Shown here in pieces: positions 29,004 to 42,555 of a stretch of DNA of 64,000 bases. The notes beneath the pieces are model-generated. The model made no database searches and was not told where the DNA came from. It was given only the letters and a program-made list of their open reading frames with translations. Source of the DNA: Epiperipatus broadwayi (Eukaryota > Animalia > Onychophora); contig JAQFVV010000003.1 in the NCBI GenBank assembly GCA_028023455.1, forward strand, positions 31,186,001-31,250,000. Reading direction: 5' to 3'. The number at the start of each line of letters is the position of its first letter. Position 1 is the stretch's first letter. The translations under genes and the position numbers were made by a program.

Positions 29004-29069
29004 CTGAAAAGATAAATAATCACCAATATACGTATTTCATGCTAAACCAGCAATCATCAGTTGGTCCAG
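29004..29069 (-). ncRNA. Putative type I hammerhead ribozyme (left arm)
   Basis: Minus strand: ctggaccaa CTGATGA ttgctggtttagcat GAAA tacgta tattggtgat tattta TC ttttcag. Confidence 0.5.
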
Positions 29070-29385
29070 ATTATCATCTCCCATACATATATACTATAAG
29101 TTCTCAGATATATATTAAGATAGACAATCTTCATACTTTAATGGATTGGATCCAATCCACTATACACTCCAACTCTTCAACCATCCATCCAATTGAAAAT
29201 CTGAAGATGGAATGCTCGAAGGCCACCCTGAGGCCGAGATTCTTGTCACACCCAGTTGACCCAAGGATGGATGGTTGAAGAGTTGGAGTGTGTAGTGGAG
29301 TGGATCCAGTCCATTAAAGTATGAAGATGGTCTATCTTAATATATATCTGAGCACTTATAGTATATATGTGTGGGAGATAATAAT

Positions 29386-29451
29386 CTGGACCAACTGATG
29401 ATTGCTGGTTTAGCATGAAATATGTATATTGGTGATTATGTATCTTTTCAG
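29386..29451 (+). ncRNA. Putative type I hammerhead ribozyme (right arm)
   Basis: CTGATGA core, stem II TGCT/AGCA with U.U at 10.1-11.1, GAAA, 6-bp stem III with G.U pairs, AUC site (C29444), and a 7-bp stem I with a 2-nt bulge. Confidence 0.55.
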
Positions 29452-32400
29452 CATATATGTGCTTGAGTGTATCAGTGTTATTAGATAGAGTGGAGAGTGG
29501 TGGGCCATGTGAAAGTCTGTGCTCATATACCCTATATTATATAGTTAATGATGTAATTATTCCCATTAGAGTCATTTGTTCATAGTTAAACTTAGATTAC
29601 TGAAACTGGATTTTATGTAGATGGATTTATATATGTGCAGATATTTTTTCAATGTTTAATAGTGTACATATGTTCATATGGGAGAATATATTTTTATCAG
29701 TTTGATGAGTTAGGGATCAATCTCAGAACAAGTCATTCCTCTATAAACTGTAGTTGTATTAAATTAGATTTAGGACCAAAAGATTATGTCTTATAATTAC
29801 TGTATAGAAAGTTTATTAAGTAAGAATTAGGACCAAAAGGCCATTCCTATTTAGGAATAGGATATTAAAAAGATCATTCCTTATGATTATTTTAATAAAG
29901 ATAGCATTGATGTCTATCCCATATAGAACATATGTAAGTACTAAGAGACAGGCAAATCAAAGAAATGTTTGTATTTGTGGATTCATACATTCATAGACTT
30001 AAGTTTATTGAAATCAGGTTTAAGAAGTATGGCAAATGTGTTATATTATCTATGAATATATTGATACTATGATGTATAAAGATTAAAGGACTTTGTTAAA
30101 GAAATAAATTGCATATCAATTAATGATTATAGTTTTAAATAAATTATTGTTATATGTTGTGTTAATTTTATTTAAAATAAATAAATTGTACATCTGAAAA
30201 TAAAATATCACATGATTTGTTACTTGTTTTTGTAAGAGTGTGTGGTCTACCATTATTCATAGAGAATAACTTAGGTTTTCTGAAATTTAGCCTGGTATTA
30301 CAAATGGGGCTGTGTAATGGTTATATTTTTATATTCAATAAAATATTGTTTTAAATATGTGTTACATGTGTATATATATAAATATATGTGTTAATTTATT
30401 TCCTGATGCTTAAAGCTGGGTGGCACTCATGTAATTTATTTAAACAAATAAATAGAGAAATTATAAATAAATGAACTGTGCTAAATCTGACCATTATAAT
30501 ATATTTTATTTATTTTTGTGTGTGAGTTACAATATAGTCATTATCACCATCTTTTAAGAAGTGTATTATATATTTAGGTTTTGGAATCATGGTGAATTAA
30601 AACCAGAGGTTTAAAATAATAAACTACATGCATTGTTTGGCAATCATTTCCCTGATTTACCATATTATAATATTGATCAAGCACAAAGTAGAAACAAAAC
30701 CAAAAAAGATATATTCCAATTTGCTAAGGATTTTATAAGTTTAATGGTTCCTTGCAAATTGTTCTAGATCAATATAATATCTTATTTTAATTTACAAAAT
30801 ATATTTAGTCATGCATAAAAAACTAAATGGCATATTTAATGTTAAGATCAGTTTTGGATTCATTTTCTTAATAAGGCTGGGTTAAAATTATAGATGAACA
30901 ATAAGAGTTACAAAGACCAATTACATATTTTTCTAAAGAAATTAAAAAAGTGTATCTAATGATAAATATCTGATTAACGAGACATTAAACACTAGAGAGA
31001 TAGACTATTTCAAAGTTAAGTTGCTATGATTTTTTTTTTAATATTCTTTTTGTGTTACTATAAATAAATACATTTATAAATTTCTTTTATGCACTGGTTA
31101 TAAAAATCAAATATCTTTAATTAAGAAATGTTGTTTAATTAAAAGCGTATCATTTTTTATTTATAAAATGTAATCATTTTAATTATGAATTGTAATATTA
31201 ATTAAAACAAGGTGCCAGAAAGTCTATATGTCAGGTGATGAATAATTTGTTTGAGAGAGTATTGATGGGAAGAATAAGTTACACATTCAGATAGTGAAGA
31301 AGGAAAAAAACGACAAGGAGAAAATTCAGTTCTCACTGCAAAAACTTGAAAAAGGCTGTTTGATATTGGACCATGCTCAATATTAATTCCCTCATGTAAT
31401 TATTCATTTCTTCTGCCATGTGCTAAAACGTTCTAAGTGGTTGCTCAATTATTATCTCCACAACTTTAGAAATATAATGGAGGTCTTTGTTCTATTAAAA
31501 ATATATGCTATGCTTTGACTTTATAGTCTTCTATTTGCTAAGATATTGCAAGAGAAGTGATACTAGATATTTTATAAGGAAATACAATGGCAAATATATT
31601 TAAAGGAACATTCTATATTCTAAATGAAAACTTTTAAACAACCAAGAATTCTGTTTCTCATCAAAAAAGATTCTAAAGTCAAAGACATGGTTTGGATTGA
31701 ATAAGCATTTTAAATTACAATGTACCACAAAATCTATAGTAAAGTATGTAAATAAGTGAATTATACAAATGTAATTAATATTTGTTCTTACAATTATTAA
31801 TGTTTTTTAGTATTGAAATGTATCTTGCTGAATTATACAACTGCAAATAATATTTGCTCCTATAACTATTTATTTTGTCAGTATAAAATGTAACTTAACT
31901 GAATTATATAATTGTAACTAATATTTGTTTTTATAATTATTTATTTTATATTATTATGTCTCTCAACTGAATAATACTCTTGTAACTAATATTTGTTTTT
32001 ATAACTACTTATGCTATATCAATATAAGATATAACTCTGCTGAATTATACAATGGTCAGTTATATTTATTCTTATAATTATTTATTGTATATCAAATTAA
32101 AATTTATCTCAGTTATATTTTACAATTGCCAATCATTAGTTGATATCTTATTATATTTTTCTTTGTGCTCATTCATATTGTTTATTTACCTTTGTGTGTG
32201 TGTGAATGCATTTCACAGGGAAGAAATGCTAATCCATGTATGTGTAATTTATATTTTTATTATTATTATTACTTTCTTCTTCACTAGTTGCCAATTTTTA
32301 TTATTAAAATAATAAAAATGTTTGGTTTTTTATCATTGTAACTCTTCATTTTATTCCACAAATTGATTTCAAATTCAAATATACTGTCAGCATTATCTGG

Positions 32401-33130
32401 ATAGTGGATGAATCCATTCTTTAAAATGTGATACAACCCAAATGTTAATTGGGATATTGTTAGATAGTAGAGCCAAGGTCTGTCTTGATTGGATTGTTTA
32501 TTGGTAGTTTTTCTAAAAAAAATGGTGCCTTGAGGACATGATTACTGCTATGAGACTCTAAATTAATCTACCAATCTTGAATAATCTTGGAGCCAAATGT
32601 CAGCAAATTGTTTGTCATAAAATGATGATGCTCAAAAAATATAATTTGTGTTTATAGTGAATGTATAAGAGAACTGTGGAGGGGATACACATTTGCCTGA
32701 TCATTATCATCAATTCTAAATATGGACATTTGGAAAATATCAATAATAAATGAGATTATTCGATTAATTTTGGTAGTTCCTTTAACATATATGGTGTAAT
32801 GGTCAGAATCATATGATTTGTTAACATAGTGCAGAATACCACCACCCAGAACTGCAGCACCATCTAGGTAGCAAAGCCACCCAAAGTACTGAGTTCAAAC
32901 ATAGTTTATCGGTACCACAATACAATCTATGAAACAATGCATCTGATGCTACATTAGTAAATATTTCCTTAGGCACAGTGGTCATGGAGATGCAAGAGAT
33001 TCAAGAATTTATGTTCGAGTTAGCCAATAATAACACTAATAGTAAACATTTATATTTTACAGAATCGAGGAAATATATTGAATGGGTATCGAATAAATAA
33101 AGACGTAATGGCAGACATATAGTTTGAAAT

Positions 33131-33357
33131 TATTTATTTAAAACATTTTATACTAAATCATCTAACTAATAATATTTTATTATATTTAAAATCTCAGTTG
33201 CGGTATTTCCGATACTGTTATACTTTACAAAGATATACATTTATTTATTTAAAATATTTTATATGAAATCATTTAACCAATATTATTTTGTTATATTTAA
33301 AACCTCAGTAGTGGTATTTCCAATACTGTTATATTTTACAAAGAGATATATTTATTT
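33131..33357. repeat. Diverged tandem duplication of about 111 bp
   Basis: tatttatttaaaa...ctcagt..ggtatttcc.atactgttata.tttacaaaga occurs twice. Confidence 0.75.
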
Positions 33358-35879
33358 GGCTGATGTAATCTAGCTACCTAAATTCTCGAGCAAGTATTTC
33401 ATGAGCATGCCTTCGGGATTTATATCTTTGCAATGCAAGAGTCTAAAGTAGAATTAATAATCGTAATGGCGGACATATATTTATTTAATTAAAGAAGATA
33501 TTTATTAATTACTATGGACAGACATTTATTTGAGAGTGAGTTATGTCACTAATACAGAGACGGAGTTATATTGAGTAATAAAGTTAATAATCAAAACATG
33601 TGGTACATCTAGAAAGGTGATATGAGGGTGGCAGTATATTAAAACTGTGGAGCCATGGATGAGTTTATAACAACGGGCTGGCATTTGCCATAGGCCCAAA
33701 GAGATAAGGTGTCACATAAGCATAACCAGGGGCAAGTGGTTTGTGCCACGATTACTTCCTGGCTGCATGATGGTCATCAAGTCCTACAGGAACATTTATT
33801 TGTCCACTTGTGTAGAAAGACTGGGATTAATTTCAATCCTATAGAATCTGGAATATCCAAGGCTTATATTAGATCATTGCATTTCCAAAATGTAACACAT
33901 GTATAATCTACTGACTATTCTGTTAAGATTTAAATATATTTTATAACTTGGCCCTACATCATCAACATTTAATAAAGAACATTTTTGACTCTCAAAGAAA
34001 TGCGATTTACGGAATTATTACTTAAAAACTTAATAAAATATAAAACAATAGGTAAGCTGGATGAATATTAATAACTAATATGTCAGCCATTTGCTAAGTA
34101 GTAGATCCCCACATTACAATAAATGAAGCATTGAATGCGTGTCAATTTATATGAAAATATTAAGTAATTTATAGGAGTAAATATTAATGAGGATTTGCAA
34201 GACATGCTTTAAGCAATCATGGATTATATTTAGAAAATTATGGAGATTTCCGAGCTGACCAGCCAATGTGAGTATAAAAAAATATTAATAAGTTGCTGGA
34301 CAAGATGGCAACCATCTTGATTAAAATCTATATTTAAATTTGGCGAGGTCCGGTCAGAAATTTTATAAGCATGCTATAATTAGATAATAAAAATGTAAAA
34401 TTTAGAAATACATACCCAAGAAAGATAGAGTTAGGCAAGCTAAATTATTAATGAAATTTATATAATAAATTAATCATTAAATTTATAGTTTACAAGTTAT
34501 ATAGAGAGTGAGCTATAGCGTGACATTATTTAGAGTACTCTAGGGCTTGGGTACAGGTACCTGTTTTATGAGGTTTTCAGATTCAGTAGCAGTAGCAAAT
34601 TGTTCATGATTTCAGAAGTAGCAGTTCTTTCCAGCATTTAGATTATTCATTGATTTTAAAAGCAGTGGCAGCTTTCTAATTGTTTGGGCAGCAGATCTTG
34701 GTTGATATTATGAAGGGCACATGTTAAGGTTAGTGGCATAACATCAACCATTTCCGGAGAGAATAGTCTGGGTGCTTTCTACTTGAACATACTGTGGTAA
34801 GTAAATTACTTTATGATTTTTGGAGACTCTCAACTGATCGAGAGCACAGCTAAAGTTTAACTAAAAGTTCTGAAAAAATTCAAAATGTCCTCCTTTCTTT
34901 GATCTTATCTTTTCATTTATGTTTAATTTTATTTTTGGATTCACTCATTTGCCCCAAGGAGAATCAATACATTCTTGTAAGTTTAATTTATATAGAAAGC
35001 TGCATTTCTATTGTTCAAGTTTATTTTTACATTTACATTTTGTAATTAAAGATTTTAGGAAATTTTTTTTTTTAATTAATCTATTATCTCTCACTGACCG
35101 TTACTTTTGAAATTTCAAAAACAAAAGGGAATATATAATTATTTTTACTTTTACTTAACTTACAATCAGATTTCTAAAATTATTATTAAATATGAAATTT
35201 GAACACATCAATAAATAACAAACTTTATAATTCAAAATATATTGTTAAAATTATATATTTTATATAACTAAAAGAGAAATACAAACTATATCATTTATTT
35301 TTATTTATTGCTTTAAATTTTGTTATCGAAACATGTGTGTGTTTACAGTGAAGTTTACATATATTGATACATTTTTAATATTGCCACACACACAATTCGA
35401 TACCAAAAAAGTTTAAATTTGGGTAGGATAGAGTGGTGGGTGGGAGACGATAAAGAAAAAGGTGAAACTTAAGATTTAAATACAAATCTTACTGTTTCAA
35501 TGGTATATTATCAAAGAGTATTTATAAACAAAATTATAAAATAAATAAAAAATTAACAATATAACAAATTATAAATTAATTAAAAAACATAATTAATATA
35601 TTAGATAATAAATATATTAATAATTATAATGAAAAAAATAATTGTATAAGTGGTGTATATGAAGTTGAATGTAAAATATGTCGGATAAAAATGCTAAAAC
35701 AAATTATATAGTACAATGCATAGCGGTAAAGAGGGCCAAAGTAATCTGGCAGCACAGCACAACTGGACCCAAAGTTGTCTCCAATGGGCAATTGGTGCCA
35801 GGAAGAAACTACCAACCCCCCTTGATCATGGTAAACAAAAACAGTTATACAGGAGAAGCGATGTTAGACAAAATCTACA

Positions 35880-38330
35880 TGCATTTTAAGGATAAGCTGC
35901 AAAGTGAGCCATTCAGCAAAGGAGATTTCTGGTGGGAGGAAGAGGAGGTGGGTGATCATGGAATATCGCCAAGATCTTATCACGCAGATGCTGCTGCATT
36001 ACCCTAAAAAAACACATCCTGGCCTGCATGGGATTCCAAGGTTTGTTCTGGATCACCTATGCAGGATCACTGCACCTGTGGTACAGGAGCTAATCAGTGT
36101 ATTGGCAGGGAAGTACTAGCTCATCCCTGACCTTTACCTAATTTCCCTTGTGTCCTTCCTCAAATAACAATCAAATCCGCCTGATTTTGCAAACTTTCAT
36201 CCAATCTCTATGACACTACTCTTGATTAAAGCTTTCAAATCAATAATGATCCAGCAGCAGCTGCTCGAAAAGATTTCCAGGCATCAATTTTCTCGCAAAG
36301 GTCATTCCACTGGAGATCCAGTTAACAAGTTCATGGTAACAGTCAATTATATCAGAGAGAAAAGAAAATCATTACCAGTAGTGGTCCAGTTGGACTTTGC
36401 AGTGGCCTTTGACTCTATGATGCTGGCTCAACTCTTCACAGTCCTCAGGTGCTACAGAGTTCCATTGGTCTATATTAACATCATCACTAATTTGCTGATC
36501 AACAGAAATGTATGTATTTTGGATGGTTCTCTTGCCCCTGGATTCCAGCCACACATCTCCATACCACAGGGATCACCACCCAGCACCCTGTACTTTATAA
36601 CATATATTGATTCCTTCTTGAAAGAAGTAGAGAAAAGGCTTCTTGGAGTATTATGTTCCAACTCTGAGGGAGGTGATTCACCACATATCATATGTAGATG
36701 ATGTAACCATCATCCTCCCATCTGTGAAGTATCTTCCTCAGCTACATTTGCTTTTAGAACAGTGTGCCATCAAGTACCACCTAAAAGTGAATCCAGCTAA
36801 AACAGTAGTCTGGAAGGCCAGCAGTGGGAAAACCATTACATCTAACTTCACAGGTGCACCCCAAAATTTTCTGGTGATGCCAGTGGTGATGTTCATGGTC
36901 AGCAATGAGGCATCAGATAGAGTCCATGTTGCTAGAAAGGATTAGTAATGGGTCTGGCATCTTATCCTCAATCTCCCTGTCACTTCCAGGCAAGGTGACA
37001 CTGTTAAAAATGCTAATCTTCCCTAGAATTGCATATTATTTACCATTTATCAAGCCAACCATGACCTTCCAAAATAAAATAGGGTCACAGTGTACAAAAG
37101 TGTTATGGAAATCATCACCTGTTAGAATTGTTTGTATAAGCCTCAACAGAATGAAAAAACACACGGTCTTAAATGGTCTTGGTCTACATGACATCCAAGT
37201 GCTATTTATGCAAAGGGCAACAGCTATACTGAGGGTAACTAAAGATCTAGAAGGTAGGAACCAACATTCCCCTTCTGTTGAGCCTACTGACACCCCACTG
37301 CCTAACAAGAACAGGTGGTTAGCAGAAATAGAGGATCACATGGTGGGGCTCATATCTGCCAAAGAAGATCTTTTTGATAGCAAGATTAAGCACTGGGATG
37401 CATACAATCCCAGTCAGCAGAGTAACCCAGTCAGAATAGAATCAACTTTAAAATTATTGGTCAAGAAATCCAAATACTGGTCATTGGACATCAGGTTAGT
37501 AAATTTCATTTTCAGTCTGGATGCTCTTCTGACCAACCAATTCTTGGTAATCATAGAGAATTTAAGAGCATTTCTCCCAACTGCCCACTATGCAGCCAGG
37601 AGGAGGAGGACATTGATCACTTATTTCTTTCTGTTCAAAACTCAGAGACATAGAAATGAAATTGAGATCTAGTATTAGGTCGGGATGCTTTAAGACACTG
37701 GATATCAGCAAGGCACTGAGATCCAGGAAATTTGCTATAATCCGAATGGTGATTATGATTTTCTTTGCAAAATGGGAGACCAGATGTCACAGTGTTTTTG
37801 GGACAACTTGGCAAACCCATGGCTAGTCTTCAAAAAACACCTTTGCAGTCTGAAAAACAGAGACTATCTTATAACTTTCCCAGACTGTATGCTCACACAT
37901 GGAAACATATTGCTCTGATGAGCCGACAATTACACCTCTCAAACTGACATCTAAGCTGTAAAAAGATTTGTCAACTAAACCTAGAAGAGAGAAGAAGGAA
38001 GAAAGGAGCAACAAGAGACAAGAAAGAAGGAATAAAGATAGAAAAAAGAATAAGGAAGAATGAGGAAAAGAGGAAAGAACAAAGAGAACAGAAAACAGAC
38101 AAAGCCAACTACTAAATGGAAAATGGCTGCTTGATTTGACATGGTGTAACCAATGACCAAGATGTAACATAAAACTGCAGAAGATAAAAAAGAGATATGT
38201 AAATTCAAGTTAAATTGTAATCAATGTAAATAATGACTAAAGCAAATGTAAATGAATAGAGCTGTAATCTAACATAATCTGTAGAATCTGTATTCTAATA
38301 AATGTTTCCTTAATAATAAAAAAATAATAA
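35880..38330 (+). mobile_element. 5'-truncated decayed Tx1/L1-clade LINE
   Basis: HPGLHGIP, F.PIS, QLDFAVAFDS, IPQGSPPS.LYF, SYVDD, KVTLLKMLIFPRIAYY and C-terminal CPLC..EEE.IDHLFL.C; AATAAA and an A-rich end near 38300-38330. Confidence 0.88.
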
Positions 38331-38642
38331 TACAAAATAATTGCAAAAGTTTTATAGATTAGTATTTAATTAAGCTTTGTTTCTATAACATAAATTTTAA
38401 AACAGATTGATTTAAAATACTCACACAATTACTTAAAATAAATCAGTTTCTTTATCTTTTTAATCTAAAGTAAAATTTACTTAATGTGATTTTAGTCATA
38501 GATCTTTACTGCTGTGTGAGTGCATATATAATAATAATCTATATAAAAAATCTTAATGAAACTTAAATTTGATCCATAACTGCCAACTATTATATTTTTT
38601 AAAATAAATTATAATGCAGTCCTAATGATTTTTATTTTTCAG

Positions 38643-38669
38643 CACCAACAATTTATTGAGGCACAACAA
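38643..38669 (+). CDS. Candidate short exon (HQQFIEAQQ; an alternative donor at 38688 gives ...VKEMYL)
   Basis: ctaat branch site at ~38622 and tttttatttttcag acceptor; only frame 0 stays open to the later donor. Confidence 0.35.
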
Positions 38670-40522
38670 GTAAAAGAAATGTATTTAGGTATAGGGATCA
38701 TAAATCTACCCACACATTATTAATATAATATTATATGCGATAGGATTCTTTAAAATTAATAATTTCCATATAGAAGCTAAGATAAATTATTCTAATCATA
38801 AAACCAATCTAAAGATATAATCAAGTAAATTATCAAGTTATTTATTAGAGCAAATTAATTTTATAAATTTATTAGGATTAATGAATGATAAAAATGCAAT
38901 CTCTAATAAATGTAGTTGTGACAAATTCAATTAAAAAAAATATATTATTCCCTTAAATGACCAAACATAAAAATATAATAAAGATTTCAGCAGAAACACG
39001 GCAAATCATTCTTTATCAATAAAAATTATTTTCCTCTTATGAATAATTAACACAGTTTTTTAATAAGTAAAGTCATATACATTTAGTAGTGCTGTTATTA
39101 ACTTTCATTTTCAAAATACTTGACATTGTTATATAAAAATATTGTTTACTTTTTCTGGTGCCAGATAGTAGTAATATATAAATTATGATCTCTCTTTCTC
39201 AGTTAACAATCTATTCTTGATTTATTCAGTCAGTAAGCAATATAAACTAATGGCATAGATAATGTACAATTTGGATTTAAAATATATTGTTTTTTGATAT
39301 TTTATTCATGAAAATTCAGAAAGCATTCCCATGATACAAGCACATATCAAAGTGAGGTGCAATACTTAAATCTCTTTTTAAACACAATTTTTTAAATAGA
39401 CAATGTATCTTTATAGTTACAGAAACATGTAAAATATGTTAATGGTGTATAAAGAAGAAACATATTATAAAATCGCACATATCTAATAATTGCACTATTT
39501 CTGCTCATTCAAAAAAGTGATCTACAGAATATACTAAATGTTTTGAATGCAACATACAAAGATTTTGATTTAGTAAATAAAGTTCAAATAACTCAAGTTT
39601 TTTATCAGCCAACAATGAAAGAAAAACCTTCAGCAATTTTTAACTTCAATGCTATCAACATAAGAATGTAAAATATCTTAGTAACTTTTTATATAGATAG
39701 CTTGTCTTAGATATCAGAGTGCAATGCAAACTCCAATGCATGCACGGTTTAGAATTTAAAAAGTGAAAAGAACATTATAGTTGTAATTAATAATGTTAAG
39801 AATATGAATATATTATATAGAAAAAATGTTTAAATATAAAAATAAAATGTTCAAATATGAAGGACTGTGTATAAATTTCTCACTAGAGCTTATTCAAAAG
39901 AGAAAGGAGGAGTTTGCTACTAGGCAAGTTAAAGAATATAACCTTTTTATACTTGTTTGTACTAAACAATAAAAATAAAAGTTAATACCCAAAGATAATA
40001 AAATCCTACATAGTGAGAGAGCTTGATAAAAAATATAAAGTTTTAAATAAACAAAGAGTCAGTAGAACTCTAACTTGTAAAGTAAGCATACCAGTTTATC
40101 ATTTAAAATTATTAATATAAAAGTTAATTTTTAATAGCAACCTATTCCACATGGAACAGTTCATCAAAAATTTAATTTCCTCAATTTTTTGATGAGTGCC
40201 ATTTATCAAATTCTTTGTGCCAGAAACTTATATAATGCAAAGAGATAAAGTTAGATTTCGACTCAATGGATGCTATACATAAATATGCATTGCAGAAAAT
40301 AACAATTTCTTATGATGACTATAATAAAGAATGAAAGTGAACCTGATTTAATCTTATTGTAATCTGAAACATTGACCCTTCTCGGAATGGACAATTAACT
40401 ATCATAGAAAAAAATTGCTAACAAAACAATTATGTAATTATGTATTTCAGTGCCCAAAAATGTAAAGATATTTATACTTATTCTGAATTTTTTTAAAAAA
40501 AAACAATTTTCAGATGAGTTAG

Positions 40523-40531
40523 CGCTCGCTC

Positions 40532-40562
<31 letters not shown>

Positions 40563-40645
40563 CCCTCTCTCTCTCTCTCCCTCTCTCTCTCTCTCTCCCT
40601 CCCTCCCTCCCTCCCTCTCTCTCTCCTCTCCCTCCCTCCCTCCCT

Positions 40646-40680
<35 letters not shown>
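40523..40680. repeat. (CT)n/(CCCT)n polypyrimidine-polypurine tract
   Basis: Directly visible; explains the SLSLSL ORF 40450..40698. Confidence 0.97.
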
Positions 40681-40682
<2 letters not shown>

Positions 40683-42555
40683 TCTCGCTAGTTGTTAAAA
40701 TTATATTTCGTAGTGATATTAAGTTTTGTATGTGTATAGTTGTATTATATTATTTCTTTCAAATAAGACTTTAAAAAAAAATATATTTAAGCATGCTTAA
40801 ATAGAAAGAGATTCAAAATCGACCCTTCCCGCCCATCCTCTTTTATTGTTAGACTGTTAAGAAAAAAAACTTAGCTTTGTTTAAACCGTCTAGTCTAAAT
40901 ATATATATATAACAATTAATAACAATGTCATTTAAATTAAAATGCTTGGTATTCGATGTCAGAAAATTAGAAAAATAATTTAAGGTTTAAAAAGAAAAAA
41001 AATTTCAAGTAATTATAAGGTGTGTATATACAGAGAAATTCTGTGCAAACCAATATCTAAACATTAAGATTTTATTATTGTTGTTATTGTGAACATTATT
41101 TTAAATAATTTGGGCAAATTAATCTCATTGTATTAATAATATGGCTGGAACGTTCAATGTATAATAACAAATAATTGGTTTTATATTCATACAAGAAGAC
41201 ACAACTGTATCTGTATATGTGTTTTTGTTTATGTATTTGTTCCAATGGCAGAGATCAGTTATAAAACATATTGTTATGAGGTTTATATAAATGAGATGGT
41301 ATTATGTTGAGAAATATTGAGATTTGATATTTAAATTATTAAGAAAATATTTATGTGATGCATATATTTCTTCCTTAAAAAGAATTTTTTCTAGTAAATA
41401 ATAAATATAATTATATTGAGTCAATGAAGATTTTGATATAAAGCTTTATGAGAATATATGTGTGAAATAGTATTACAAGTTGATAATGATGAAAACTCAA
41501 CACTAGTTTTTATATTATGTGTTTATAAATCGATCTTTTGTCTGGGTTAAAATAGCCATTCGACATTGCTTTTGATTTAAAAGTAGACAATTTTCATGTA
41601 TATATAATAATTAACAATCAAATCTAGCTATATCATTGCAGACCATTTACTGAAACATAATGATTATCCTAACATATTGTTAATTATTTCAGTATAATGA
41701 ATTGTAAAGTTTATAAAAGTTTTCATACTTGCCTAAGATAGAAAGTCTTTTTGTTTAAAATGCTTACTGAAGCAGCTTTAATAAGGTTTGGCACAGGATA
41801 GTTAAAATGAATAAATGTTGAAATGTATCATGGCCTATCACCACACATACCCTTTTATAAAACATTTAGATCTATAAGTCCTGAATGAGAATAAAAGCTA
41901 ATATTGTAGATATAATAAAAGGAAGGATAAAGTTATTGACATCAAAAATGGAACTATATTTATAATGATAAACATTCAGATGAGAATGGATAATAAATGG
42001 CGTAGTTATAATTACATGTATCAGTAATGTTAACTTTCTAATAAATTGTATATTCATATTTAATCTGTATTGCTTAGAGTTTTTTTTTTTTAAGGCAATC
42101 CTGAGATTGGGATCAAATCGTTCACAGGACAAACAAAAAACTAATACTGGGTTACAATACAAAATAATAATATATTGTGTACACATCTATCTGATAAGGT
42201 AGACAACACTAAAGTAGATCACCTTTAAAATCCACACACACCCATACGCAAGTGTTTCACTTACTCAGTTTATGGTGATGGTGATTGATAGTTCTTAGAT
42301 GGTAATATGTATCATTTAAACACAGCTTTCCTAGACCATTACTATGTGTGTATATCTATCTATCTATCTATTTATATACATATATATTAAATGCCCTATA
42401 GTTCTATTCTTTCAGCCACATTTCCATGTACTGTAAAACTCAAGCTTTTTTTTTATTTGAAGGAGGGCATATGGCTGAAAGAATGTAGATATAGGGCAAC
42501 TAAAATATTTTATAGATTTTATGTAGCATTATGCATTGCTTATATATATATATAT

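Larger units (their letters stand above)
28872..29539. mobile_element. Foldback element with 275-bp inverted arms (28916-29190 / 29265-29539), Penelope-pLTR/retrozyme-like
   Basis: Near-perfect inverted arms and a 74-bp spacer, flanked by a 13-bp direct repeat tatagttaatgat (28859-28871, 29540-29552). It is absent from the homologous position in repeat copy A. Confidence 0.85.
24209..30223 (+). mobile_element. Old LTR-like relic: ~1.25-kb direct repeats (24209-25470 and 27005-30223, the latter with two nested insertions) around a gag-like core
   Basis: Colinear diverged repeats beginning TGACATGC/TGATATGC, with a TGG 4 nt after copy A and a degenerate ORF between them. No clear PPT or TSD. 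Confidence 0.5.

Noticed and set aside
29203-29230. Second hammerhead-like motif in the foldback spacer (CTGA(A/T)GA...GAAG)
   Set aside because: GAAG instead of GAAA, poor stem II and no stem III/NUH.
37981-38110. K/R/E-rich purine stretch and hydrophobic antisense ORFs
   Set aside because: Low-complexity 3' region of the Tx1-like LINE.
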